Below are positions 38,797-48,644 of a DNA stretch of 64,000 nucleotides, piece after piece (position 1 is the first letter of the stretch; each line of letters starts with the position of its first letter). The translations under genes were made by a program, and so were the position numbers. Under the pieces are notes generated by a model. The model did no database searches and was not told the DNA's origin. It saw only the letters and a list, made by a program, of their open reading frames with translations. Source of the DNA: Candidatus Kaiserbacteria bacterium (GTDB lineage: Bacteria; Patescibacteriota; Minisyncoccia; Phycocordibacterales; UBA918); NCBI GenBank assembly GCA_016699245.1, contig CP064968.1, forward strand, positions 576,317-640,316. The letters run 5' to 3'.

Positions 38797-41557
38797 GTGC
38801 TATTTGTGGTGCGACAAATCGGTGTGTAGAGAAACTCCCGTTTACTTTTGAGACTTTCCATTCTTGATCTCCAATGCGTTTTACTGAAATAAGGACATTT
38901 TCATCACTCTTTAATTTTATACAAAAAAGGACGGGGTCATCTGCGTACATTGATCCAAAACTCTTCTCAAGATGCTCATTGTCTCTCCATCTTTCTTCAT
39001 AGTAAATAAACAGTTTAATCATCCATGGCTCAGTGAATATGAAGTCACTCAATAATTCTTTCAGTTTATCGATAGAAACAGTGTATGCAGGAAGTCTTTG
39101 ATCTTCTCTCCAATCAGCACCGTAATACTGATTAAATTCAAAACTACTCTTATTTTTAAAGATATGTGCGGCCTGTTCAAAAACTTGTTCGACTTCTGGA
39201 TCTAAGGACATTTTTAGCTTTTTAAATTCTTGAGATTCTTTTTCGTCCATATCAAATGCAGTAAATTGAGATCCGCGATTGATCATACTTCTACCAGTCC
39301 TTGGCTGAAGTGTTTTTGAGTCAGTACCTGGTTTCAAGTTTGGGAAATCAGGAGTGCCACAATATAATTCTCGTTCACGTCTTTCCTTGGTGAATTCGAT
39401 AAATTTACTAAACCCCTCGTCGAGCTTACTTTGAGCATCTTTGTCACCCAATGCAACCCGAACTCTTAACTCAAGTCGTTGTCCCAGCACTTCTTTAACG
39501 TTGTGTAATTCAGACCCAAAATCTTCTTCTAGTTGGTGCAAGAAGTCAGTATGATATTTAACAAATGCTTCATTGATCTTAAATTTCTCTGTGTATGTTG
39601 CAGCAATAGATGGAAAAAGATTCTTCTCACTTTCTATCACTCTTTCGACAGAAGCAACCGCTTGTTCTACTGAATCATACTTACCAGGATCATCTAAAGC
39701 TTTTACTACCTCAGAAAACGTGCTCTGCAACAATTGTTCTTCAGTTTCGTTTAAAAGATCCGTGGTCGTATTAATCTCTTCCTTCTCTCCATTTTTTAGA
39801 TGCTTTCTTAATTTAAAGACAAGCTCCTTAATTTTTGAGAGAGATTCATTACCATACTCCAAAACAGGAGCGAGTGAGGTCTTCAGATCGGATGAAACAC
39901 CTTCTGCTGAGACAAATTTTTGCAGTGTTCTTATGTTATTTTCCAGTTTCAGAATTGTGTATTCACTTTTCTTTATTCTTTCAAAATCGTACGGAAATTC
40001 ATTTCTTTCAGGAGCTTTTCCGTATACATTTTCAACAACTTCGCGTACGGTAGTAAACTGTAGATCCCTCCCTTTATTTTCAGGAGTGTGGATCGCTGAG
40101 TCAAATGTTCCAGCCTTTGCTACAGCCTCTTTCCACGAAGCATCAGTGAGAAATCCTTCTGCTTGAAGTTGTTGGACGAAAAACTTTACGTCCATTGCAT
40201 TTGTGAGTGGTGCGATTAACTCTTTATAAATATAGAAATCAAATTCGTTTTCAAAGTTATCTCGTTTCCACGACTCAATAACTTGCTTCACGTCACGCAT
40301 GCTTACGACCGACGATGTCGCAGTAAGTGGTACATTTAAGCCAGCCTGTCCCGAAAACAGCTTCCCATCGCGCTGACCACTGTATACTTCCTGGACCTTT
40401 CGTATAAACTTTGCCAATCGCCACAAATCATCGAAAGCATCTTCTGGAGCGTTCACATCCCCTTTATCGTTCATCAGCATCGCGATCATAAGCGTATACA
40501 ATTCATTTCCTCGCTCAGCCGTTTCTTGGTATGTGCCCTCTGTGGCTTGCGGTAAATAATCGTAATCTATCGGACGGATTCTGTTTACAAAATCCGCAGA
40601 CAATTCAAAAAGTCCTTTATACCTATCTATCGCCTTTGGATTGCGGTTTAAGTTTCCAGTCATAATGACTCCGAATCCTGGTCTTGCAATCATTTTTGTC
40701 CCCTTAGGGTCGCCGATAACAGGAACTTCTTCTCCACGTTTCGCATTAATAATTATGTCATTAAGTGATTTAAGTATCTCAGGTGGAATTGCGTTAACTT
40801 CTTCGATAATGAGAGGAATTCCTTGATCCATTGCCCTATATAGGGGACCCAAAACAAAATTTGCCTGTGGACCACGTTCATCTGACGTTAAATCAATTTT
40901 CCCAAATATCTTTGTTTCATCAATACCTTTTGCACCCGCTATTCTTTCTGGCTCAACACTTAACACCTCACTACAAAAATATTTAGCAACAGACGATTTA
41001 CCTGAACCCGTTTCACCATTCAGAAAAGGGATCTTATCAATTGCATAGTAATTATCTTGAAGCTCATCTAATTTCTTTTCTGCGTATGGTGTAAGCACAA
41101 AATCACCAGACTTTAACTCCTTTCGATACTCTCGTAATTCAAGGGCATTTCGAACAATATATGCTTCTGGGTTCGACCACATAAGCTCTGCGATTGAAGT
41201 TTCTACACCCTCGATCTCAGTATTAATCTTCTTCATTGCTTCAATCACCTGCGGTGGTCGATTGAGTGCGGAATTGATTGGAAAACGCTCCTCAAATTTT
41301 AACTTTGCATCTTTGAGAGCCACAACTCTCTTATCAAAGACATGAAATGCCCGTGCGGCCTCTTTAACATTTTTTAATCTAAGCTCAATAAGAGCATTCT
41401 CTTCAACAGAAAAATCAACATCATTTGTAATAGTTTCTGTCAAAAAGACACGTAAATCGTCAGGTAGATCCAGATCAGTTGCACTAGACAAATTCTCACG
41501 CGTAACGATTTCTTTTTTGTTTACTGATTCCTCAACAGGTTTCCAACTCTCTTTCAT
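38786..41557 (-). CDS. Large AAA+ ATPase (MoxR/AAA_5-like core), paralog 1
   Basis: Walker A LNGETGSGKSS, Walker B PLIIEEVNA, sensor-1 VIMTGNLN. 923 aa with long N- and C-terminal extensions. Confidence 0.7.
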   Translation of the reverse strand: MKESWKPVEESVNKKEIVTRENLSSATDLDLPDDLRVFLTETITNDVDFSVEENALIELRLKNVKEAARAFHVFDKRVVALKDAKLKFEERFPINSALNRPPQVIEAMKKINTEIEGVETSIAELMWSNPEAYIVRNALELREYRKELKSGDFVLTPYAEKKLDELQDNYYAIDKIPFLNGETGSGKSSVAKYFCSEVLSVEPERIAGAKGIDETKIFGKIDLTSDERGPQANFVLGPLYRAMDQGIPLIIEEVNAIPPEILKSLNDIIINAKRGEEVPVIGDPKGTKMIARPGFGVIMTGNLNRNPKAIDRYKGLFELSADFVNRIRPIDYDYLPQATEGTYQETAERGNELYTLMIAMLMNDKGDVNAPEDAFDDLWRLAKFIRKVQEVYSGQRDGKLFSGQAGLNVPLTATSSVVSMRDVKQVIESWKRDNFENEFDFYIYKELIAPLTNAMDVKFFVQQLQAEGFLTDASWKEAVAKAGTFDSAIHTPENKGRDLQFTTVREVVENVYGKAPERNEFPYDFERIKKSEYTILKLENNIRTLQKFVSAEGVSSDLKTSLAPVLEYGNESLSKIKELVFKLRKHLKNGEKEEINTTTDLLNETEEQLLQSTFSEVVKALDDPGKYDSVEQAVASVERVIESEKNLFPSIAATYTEKFKINEAFVKYHTDFLHQLEEDFGSELHNVKEVLGQRLELRVRVALGDKDAQSKLDEGFSKFIEFTKERRERELYCGTPDFPNLKPGTDSKTLQPRTGRSMINRGSQFTAFDMDEKESQEFKKLKMSLDPEVEQVFEQAAHIFKNKSSFEFNQYYGADWREDQRLPAYTVSIDKLKELLSDFIFTEPWMIKLFIYYEERWRDNEHLEKSFGSMYADDPVLFCIKLKSDENVLISVKRIGDQEWKVSKVNGSFSTHRFVAPQIARGY

Positions 41558-41608
41558 AGTACTGTTGATTATAGCTCATTAAATATGAATTTGTTTGTCA
41601 TTATTCCC

Positions 41609-44470
41609 CTAGTTAAAAGCTTTTCCTGTGATTGTTGGAGCAACGAACTGCTGGGCAGAAATCGATGGCTGGGTAACTTTAGTGATACTCCATTCATGAT
41701 CCCCAGTCCTGTCTAAAGCAAGTAAGACATCCTCACCATTTTTTTGGGCAACACAAAATACTGCTGGGAAGCTATACATGTATGCCTTTGCATAATCTTC
41801 AGAGTATTCGTACAATTTCTCGGAATGGTATATAAATCCTTCAACCATCCATGTGTCACTTTTGGAAAAACCACTGAGTAGCGTGTTAATTTTTTTCGTA
41901 TCAATCTCGAATGATTTCGGGTTTGGATTACCATTCTCGTCTCTCGTATCGAAGAAATCTTTTTGAAAGAAAAGCTGAAAAGTAACTGCACTTTCTTCTT
42001 TAAAAACTCTTCTCGCATTTGCAAAGACTTCTTCGACACCAGCATCCTTATGAATGATTGTTTTTTCCAACAACTCCTTGCGGTAATAAGCTAGTCCTTT
42101 TTCATCTCTGAAATGAGGGTTAAAAATAGCTGGAATTTGATCAAGCTCAATTATTTCACTTTTCTCATCAAGATTCGGATATACATCTGTTCTCAGTGTC
42201 CAGCGCAAGTCGTTATGTTTACGAAAGAAGAAATTAAAATCACTCATTAAGACAGATGCGGGATGTTTTACGTCCTCCAATGTGTACATATCAGCCCCAA
42301 GTCTTAATTCTAAATCAAGTATACGATTTATTATTTCATTCACACGATCAGCAAGAGTCAGGTCCGAATGAAAATTTTTGACTAGTTCATTTTTTTCCTC
42401 CAGCAATCCTTCCAATTCGACAATCAATTCTTTTTTACCAAGTATCTGATCTGGATTCCTTTTTGTTTCATACTCTTCGATTCTGTTGCTTGCTGCAATA
42501 TAGTCCTCAGTGTATACATCCTTTAATTCTGACCATAACGTTTCTTCTTTTTTGATTCTTTCCTTCCATAAATCCACGAACTCCCCAGCCTTTATTATCC
42601 GTCTATTTTGAAGAGAATCAACGGTTTTAAGTACTTTTTCGATTGATCCTGCACGAAGTTGAGTCAATGACTCACTTAGCTGTTCACCGAGTATACGAAG
42701 TTTCTTTCCGTCTCGTGTTTGGTGTGCATCCTCCATTTCTTTTACTAGAGTGGTAACGTCTGCTTCAAGTTCTGCAAGACCATCACGAATGCCACGAAAT
42801 TGATTATTTTCTGCACCCTCAAGAAATGCGTCCATTTTTTCTTTTTGTGACTGTACAGTGCAGAGTTCGCTCTTTGCATAGGTAATAACATTAGGATCAT
42901 ACTGTGGGTACTCCTTTCTCTCAGGAATTTTCCCGTAAACATTTTGTACAACGTCGCGAACAGTCGAAAACTGAATTTCTTGCCCCTTATTTTCAGGAGC
43001 ATGCATAGCAGAATCGAATGTCCCAGCTTTTGAAACGACATCCTTCCATGACTGATCAGTAAGGAAACCTTCAGACTGAAGTTGTTGAACAAAAAACTTT
43101 ACATCCATTGCATTAGTGAGCGGTGCAATAAGTTCCTTATATACGTAGTAATCAAACTCTCTTTCAAAATTATCTCGCTTCCATGACTCAATAACCTGCT
43201 TCACATCGCGCATACTCACGACTGAAGATGTGGCGGTCACAGGCATATTCAGTCCGCCTTGTCCTGAAAATAATTTCCCGTCTCGCTGACCGCTGTAGAC
43301 TTCTTGTACTTTTCGGACAAACTTTGCCAAACGCCACAAATCATCGAACGCCTCTTTAGGTGCATTTACATCACCCTTATCGTTCATGAGCATTGCGATC
43401 ATGAGTGTGTAAAGTTCATTACTTTTTCCCGCCTCTTCAATGTAGTTACCTTCAGTTGATTGGGGTAGATAATCGTAATCTATTGGACGAACGCGATTAA
43501 CAAAATCGGCAGAAAGTTCAAATAGCCCTTTGTATCGATCGATAGCCTTTGGATTGCGATTGAGGTTTCCGGTCATGATCACGCCGAATCCATCCTTAGC
43601 CTTTACTTTTGAACCCTTGGGGTCACCAATAACAGATACCTCCTCACCCTTTTTCGCATTGATAATTATGTCATTGAGTGATTTTAGGATCTCAGGCGGA
43701 ATTGCATTAACTTCTTCAATAATGAGGGGAACTCCTTTTTCCATTGCACGATAAAGGGGACCTGGCACAAAGCGTGCCTGTGGTCCGTTCTCGTCTGAAG
43801 TAAGATCAATTTTGCCAAATATTTTTGTTTCATCAATTCCTTTTGCTCCCGCAATTCGCTCTGGTTCTACCTCAAGTACTTCAGCGCAGAAATACTTGGC
43901 GATTGATGATTTCCCTGACCCCGTCTCTCCATTTAGAAAGGGGATCTTATCTATTGCGTAGTAGTTATCTTGGAGCTCGTCTATCTTTCTCTCAGCGTAT
44001 GGAGTCAAAACAAAATCCCCCGACTTTAATTGCTTTCTGTACTCACGCAACTCTAAGGCATTACGCACCACATATGCTTCTGGATTTGATTGCATTAATT
44101 CTGCAGTCGAGTTTTCTATTTCCGATATTTCCGTATCAATTTTTCTCATCGCCAAAATTACTTGCGATGGACGGTTTTGTGCAGAATTGATTGGAAATTT
44201 TTCCTCAAACCTAAGCTTTGCGTGTTTAAGTGAATCTATCTTTTTGTCAAAAGCACGAAACGCTCGAGCGGCCTTCCTTACATTTTGGATTCTTAGTTCA
44301 GCAAGTACGGTTTCCTCTGCTGTTAAACCAACCTCATCTGGTATGGTTTCTGTAATGTATGACTGGAGTTCTGGAGGGAGATCAAGATCCTCGGATCGAG
44401 CTAGATTTTCACGTGCAATAACTTCCTTTTCATTGACTGACTTTTCAATCGGTTTCCAGTTTTCTTTCAT
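41609..44470 (-). CDS. Large AAA+ ATPase (MoxR/AAA_5-like core), paralog 2
   Basis: Collinear with paralog 1, with the same Walker A/B and sensor-1 motifs. Start moved to MKENWKPIEK by alignment with paralog 1. Confidence 0.7.
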   Translation of the reverse strand: MKENWKPIEKSVNEKEVIARENLARSEDLDLPPELQSYITETIPDEVGLTAEETVLAELRIQNVRKAARAFRAFDKKIDSLKHAKLRFEEKFPINSAQNRPSQVILAMRKIDTEISEIENSTAELMQSNPEAYVVRNALELREYRKQLKSGDFVLTPYAERKIDELQDNYYAIDKIPFLNGETGSGKSSIAKYFCAEVLEVEPERIAGAKGIDETKIFGKIDLTSDENGPQARFVPGPLYRAMEKGVPLIIEEVNAIPPEILKSLNDIIINAKKGEEVSVIGDPKGSKVKAKDGFGVIMTGNLNRNPKAIDRYKGLFELSADFVNRVRPIDYDYLPQSTEGNYIEEAGKSNELYTLMIAMLMNDKGDVNAPKEAFDDLWRLAKFVRKVQEVYSGQRDGKLFSGQGGLNMPVTATSSVVSMRDVKQVIESWKRDNFEREFDYYVYKELIAPLTNAMDVKFFVQQLQSEGFLTDQSWKDVVSKAGTFDSAMHAPENKGQEIQFSTVRDVVQNVYGKIPERKEYPQYDPNVITYAKSELCTVQSQKEKMDAFLEGAENNQFRGIRDGLAELEADVTTLVKEMEDAHQTRDGKKLRILGEQLSESLTQLRAGSIEKVLKTVDSLQNRRIIKAGEFVDLWKERIKKEETLWSELKDVYTEDYIAASNRIEEYETKRNPDQILGKKELIVELEGLLEEKNELVKNFHSDLTLADRVNEIINRILDLELRLGADMYTLEDVKHPASVLMSDFNFFFRKHNDLRWTLRTDVYPNLDEKSEIIELDQIPAIFNPHFRDEKGLAYYRKELLEKTIIHKDAGVEEVFANARRVFKEESAVTFQLFFQKDFFDTRDENGNPNPKSFEIDTKKINTLLSGFSKSDTWMVEGFIYHSEKLYEYSEDYAKAYMYSFPAVFCVAQKNGEDVLLALDRTGDHEWSITKVTQPSISAQQFVAPTITGKAFN

Positions 44471-44523
44471 AATGTCCATTATTATACCCAAAAAATACTG
44501 GGTAGTTTGTTGGTCCCAAAAAC

Positions 44524-44549
44524 AAAATCCACCCAAATGGGTGGATTTT
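44524..44549 (-). terminator. Terminator hairpin downstream of tRNA-Gln
   Basis: aaaatccaccc aaat gggtggatttt. Confidence 0.55.
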
Positions 44550-44640
44550 TAGTTTGGATACTGCTCTCAGCAGGTATGCCATTTCAGAATAGTCCTCGGG
44601 TGGTTTCGACGCGTCTCGTGCGCGATAACCTACCTCGAGT

Positions 44641-44714
44641 TGGCTGCCGATCAGGGACTCGAACCCCAATGACTTCCTCCAGAGGGAAGCATCCTACCAT
44701 TAGATGAATCGGCA
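44641..44714 (-). tRNA. tRNA-Gln (anticodon CTG), CCA encoded
   Basis: Manual cloverleaf: U1-A72 acceptor pair with G73, as in bacterial tRNA-Gln. Anticodon loop CTCTGGA. T-loop TTCGAGT. Confidence 0.7.
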
Positions 44715-44719
44715 ATGTG

Positions 44720-45224
44720 ATATGTGCGTTTGTACAAGGTTCTCGTTTGGACTCGATTCCTACAGAATCTGTTCAGGTTGTCGATACTTTATTTCGCATG
44801 CACTCATAAATTATCTGGCAACCTTCTTGAAAAGTCTCCCAGACTTTTCAAGCCCCAATGACTTCCTCCAGAGGGAAGCATCCTACCATTAGATGAATCG
44901 GCAATGTTTGTTTTGTACTTTGTTTGTTCTCGTTTGGACTCGATCATTACATGATCAGTACACGTTGTCGATATTTTTACAAAATATCTGGCAACGTCCT
45001 GAAATGATACCCCATATCATTTCAGCCCCAATGACTTTCTCCCGGGGGAAGAATCCCACCATTAGATGAATCGGCAATATTTTGTACGTCGCCCAGATTA
45101 CTTTTTTTGGGATGCGTGTGTGCATCGTCTGTTTTTCTTCCGTGGGGAAGAAAAACAGACGGGCTCAGAAATTATAATTGCTTCGCTCTTTAATTTCTGG
45201 CCACCATTAGATGAATCGGCAATG
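44720..45224 (-). repeat. Two and a half tandem ~180-bp units, each ending in a copy of the 5' ~55 nt of tRNA-Gln
   Basis: Fragments at 44853-44906 (near exact), 45026-45078 (diverged) and 45201-45224 (short). The spacers share blocks ttctcgtttggactcgat...gttgtcgata...atctggcaac. Confidence 0.7.
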
Positions 45225-45299
45225 TGTATTGCTTTGGAACTCCCAAATCAATAGCGTCTGAATTCTAACAGATTTTTCAATTTTTGCTATACTTTTATC

Positions 45300-45917
45300 A
45301 TGCAAAAAATACGAGTATTTATTATCCATGGTGGGATGACTTTTAAAAGTAAAAAGGATTATATTACGTACCTTACGACCCGAGAAATTTCTATTGATCG
45401 TAAGCCAAACTGGACTGAAGAATATCTGAATACCTCTCTCGGAAAACAGTTTGAGATAGTCCGGCTCCGTATGCCAACCCCCGACAACGCCCATTATGAT
45501 GAATGGAAAATTCACTTTGAGCGCTATCTTCCCTTCTTCACGAAGCAAGTCATTCTTATTGGAGAATCTCTTGGTGGCATTTTCCTTGCACGATATCTTT
45601 CTGAGAACCGCCTTCCACAAAAAGCACTTGCGACATATCTCGTTTGTCCTCCTTTTGATAACTCTCTTTCTGATGAAGACTTGGTGAATGGCTTCAAACT
45701 CAAACCAGACCTTTCCCTTCTTCCTGAAAACACGAATCATCTTTCAATTCTCTTCTCCGCAGATGATGATGTCGTCCCCGTGCAACATGCAGAAAAATAT
45801 CGTGAAAAACTTCCCACCGCAATGATACGGATACTCAAAGGAAAAAATGGACATTTCAACGTGAGCAAATTACCCGAAATAGTAAAAATGATTCTCAAAG
45901 ATACGCGTCCACGATAA
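45300..45917 (+). CDS. Alpha/beta-fold serine hydrolase (YdeN/RBBP9-like)
   Basis: GESLGG nucleophile elbow (GxSxG). Confidence 0.6.
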   Translation: MQKIRVFIIHGGMTFKSKKDYITYLTTREISIDRKPNWTEEYLNTSLGKQFEIVRLRMPTPDNAHYDEWKIHFERYLPFFTKQVILIGESLGGIFLARYLSENRLPQKALATYLVCPPFDNSLSDEDLVNGFKLKPDLSLLPENTNHLSILFSADDDVVPVQHAEKYREKLPTAMIRILKGKNGHFNVSKLPEIVKMILKDTRPR

Positions 45918-45973
45918 CACTATAAGACACAAATTATCTTGTCTACATTCAGTAGATACCTGCTATACTGGAG

Positions 45974-46627
45974 TTGATGATATTACTCAGACTTCATCAT
46001 ATAAATCCTTTTTATATGATGGGTATTTTCCTTGTTGTAGCGCAACTCTTTATTTTTAGTGCTGTCCTTCACGATCCTTCAATAGGTATCTTTTTATTCT
46101 GGTCATGTAACAATTTCTGTATTTTCTTGATGTATGCTTGTTATAAGCAGGATATGCAGATGATCAAGGGTATTAGTTACCTCGGATTAGTGTCACAGAT
46201 ACTCTGGATATTAGATTTTGGCTCGCACATATTAGGATTTGATTTGTCTGGAATCACTGACTACATATACCTTGAAGGATTCACATATACCAATGAGGTT
46301 TCAGTAGGAGTTCATATAATTATTCCTATTGCGATACTTGTTTTTAGTTTTAGAGTAAAACCAATGTATACATCGCTTCTATATGCTCTTCCCTATATCG
46401 TTTTTCTCTACATCGTCACGCTCATATGGACACCACCTGTAGAAGATATTAACTGCGTCTTTTATGGATGTGGCAACGATCAATACCTCCCCTATAATAT
46501 ATTGTTATGGCCATTGTATGCAGTTATTTCAACCTTGCTGAGTTACGGTATTCACAGCCTTTTGTATTACGGGTGGAAAAAGACTGTTGTCAGTTTAAGG
46601 TACATAGCAACGCGCAAGCATGCATGA
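45974..46627 (+). CDS. Multi-pass membrane protein
   Basis: 217 aa with about 6 hydrophobic helices. Confidence 0.45.
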   Translation: MMILLRLHHINPFYMMGIFLVVAQLFIFSAVLHDPSIGIFLFWSCNNFCIFLMYACYKQDMQMIKGISYLGLVSQILWILDFGSHILGFDLSGITDYIYLEGFTYTNEVSVGVHIIIPIAILVFSFRVKPMYTSLLYALPYIVFLYIVTLIWTPPVEDINCVFYGCGNDQYLPYNILLWPLYAVISTLLSYGIHSLLYYGWKKTVVSLRYIATRKHA

Positions 46628-46707
46628 ATATATGACGACAACAGATACTATACACATAAAACACTGGCGTTAACGCCAGTGTTTTACTTTTTCAATAATC
46701 TCAATTG

Positions 46708-47238
46708 TTAACTCGCTCTTGATTGACGGGCTTTCTTTGCTGCGGCGGCGGCATCGGCGGCTTTTTTTGCGGCAAGTGCATCTGCGGCGGCTTGCTGTTT
46801 TGCGAGTGCTGCTTTTTGGGCTGCCAAGGCATCGGCTGCGGCTTTTTGTGCAGCGAGAGCGTCTGCGGCTTTCTTTGCAGCAGCGGTTTCGGCTTGCTTC
46901 TTCGCAAGGGACGTCGCGAAGTCTGCGGCATTTTTATCTGAGGCTGCTTTCTGAGCCGCCGCTGCTGCCTCTGCTTCTAATCGTTCCGCTTCCTTTTGTG
47001 CTTGGGCAATTTCCGCTTTTAGTTTTTCTTCAGCGCGCGCTTGCTCTTCATTTTTTAAAAGAAGCAATTCTGCTTGGAGTTTTGCTTTTGCCTCCTCTTC
47101 TTTTTGTTCTTTTTCAAAGTTGAGACGTTCATTCTCAATCTCTATTGCCACCTTTTCCGCATACGCCGAAGAACCTCCATAGAGCATGATGCCAATGAGT
47201 GCAAAAGTAGCCGCTACATTTCTAATATCTTTTTTCAT
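46708..47238 (-). CDS. Secreted Ala/Lys-rich coiled-coil repeat protein
   Basis: Signal peptide followed by heptad-like repeats AKKAADALAAQKAA, iterated. Confidence 0.55.
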   Translation of the reverse strand: MKKDIRNVAATFALIGIMLYGGSSAYAEKVAIEIENERLNFEKEQKEEEAKAKLQAELLLLKNEEQARAEEKLKAEIAQAQKEAERLEAEAAAAAQKAASDKNAADFATSLAKKQAETAAAKKAADALAAQKAAADALAAQKAALAKQQAAADALAAKKAADAAAAAKKARQSRAS

Positions 47239-47243
47239 ATAGG

Positions 47244-47414
47244 TTAATCAAGTTTCTGCCACATGTGTGTCTCACCTTTTGTCACCTCACATTCACCACA
47301 CTTAAATGTATCAGGTAATGTCTCCCACTTAGTGCCCGCGAGGAAACCACGTTCGGGGAAGCCCACCGCTTCATCGTAAATCCATCCACACTCTAAGCAT
47401 ACGTATTGAGACAT
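47244..47414 (-). CDS. Rubredoxin (56 aa)
   Basis: VCLECGWIY...KCGECEV contains two CxxCG knuckles with rubredoxin spacing. It is absent from the ORF track because it is shorter than 60 aa. Confidence 0.7.
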   Translation of the reverse strand: MSQYVCLECGWIYDEAVGFPERGFLAGTKWETLPDTFKCGECEVTKGETHMWQKLD

Positions 47415-47609
47415 AATTTGTTGGTTATCTTATTACCAAATAATACTACCTTTCTAGTATGAATATTTGATGAAGATGAGGGGACGTAGAGCCCATCCAA
47501 TGACCCCAGATACGAGGCATCGAGGAGTGAAGACATGAGGCGTACTTAATGTACGATGAATGTCTGAACGACGAAGATAACGAAGTAGGTGGGGTTAGTG
47601 GATGGGCTC

Positions 47610-48644
47610 TTATGCACAGGGTACGCGGAGTTCAATAGTCGTACCTTCACTTTTTATACTTGTCACACGAAGCGTCCCCCCATGTGCATCAGCAATTTCT
47701 TTTACAATCGCAAGACCGAGGCCAGAGCCTGTGGTGGCTTTTTGGGTTCGGGCGACATCAACTTTGAAAAATCGTTCAAAGATACGTGGTATGTCTTCCT
47801 CCGCAATACCGATACCCGTATCCGTAATACGAAGTACCGCTTCACGATGCACTTTTTCGAGTGAAAGTGTCACACTACCTCCCCTGGTATTGTAGTCCAC
47901 AGCATTTTTAAGGACATTGAGCACAAGGCGTGTCATGTCATCCTGGTTACCCACAAGGGTCACCGCTGTATCTACCCGATGAGATACGGTCACCTCTTTT
48001 TGTGCGGCATAGGCAACAAGCCTTTCACACTGAGCAATACACACGTCATTGAATAAAAATGGTGCTACTGTGCGCACTCTCCCTTCGGTATTTCGGACGA
48101 GAAAAAGAAGATCGTTTGAAAGTGTGATGAGTCGATTAATTTCATCTTGCGACTCCATAAGAAACTGTCGGTACTGAGGGGTGGTGCGTTCCCCCTGAAG
48201 GAGTACTTCCCCTCCCGCTTTAAGGACCGCAAGTGGTGTACGGAGTTCATGTGCTGCATCGGCCACGAATTGCTTTTGACGCTGGTATGACTCCGCAAGT
48301 GGTGCAAGCGTTTTACGTGCGAGCAGATATGAAACAATGAGTGTCATAAAAAGAAGAACGATATCTGACACGACGAGAATATCAAAGAGATTCTCAGTTA
48401 CTTCATGGAGGAGTGGCTCATTGCGCATCTCGAGCATTTCTTTATACTCATCACTTCCGTGTTCTATCTCTAACTCACGCTCAACTCCTTGTGAAAAAAG
48501 GATGTATACGGCTACACTAAATACCACGAGAATACAAAAGACGCCGAGCGTGTAGTACGCAGTCAAGCGAATGACTGCGCCTTTAAAGTTAGTGGCTGTT
48601 GAATTTGTAACCAACGCCGCGAATCGTTTCAATATAGTGTTCAT
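47610..48644 (-). CDS. Sensor histidine kinase
   Basis: HisKA H-box AAHELRTPL. HATPase N, G1 and G2 boxes (DTGIGI, GSGLGLAIV). Confidence 0.8.
   Translation of the reverse strand: MNTILKRFAALVTNSTATNFKGAVIRLTAYYTLGVFCILVVFSVAVYILFSQGVERELEIEHGSDEYKEMLEMRNEPLLHEVTENLFDILVVSDIVLLFMTLIVSYLLARKTLAPLAESYQRQKQFVADAAHELRTPLAVLKAGGEVLLQGERTTPQYRQFLMESQDEINRLITLSNDLLFLVRNTEGRVRTVAPFLFNDVCIAQCERLVAYAAQKEVTVSHRVDTAVTLVGNQDDMTRLVLNVLKNAVDYNTRGGSVTLSLEKVHREAVLRITDTGIGIAEEDIPRIFERFFKVDVARTQKATTGSGLGLAIVKEIADAHGGTLRVTSIKSEGTTIELRVPCA

Noticed and set aside
45207-45740. 177-aa minus-strand ORF overlapping the alpha/beta hydrolase gene
   Set aside because: The plus-strand ORF has a GxSxG hydrolase signature and a clean start. 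The antisense ORF has no motif.
46719-47123. Leu/Arg-rich plus-strand ORFs overlapping the Ala/Lys-rich coiled-coil gene
   Set aside because: They are antisense shadow ORFs created by the GC-rich codon repeats (GCn/AAG) of the real minus-strand gene.
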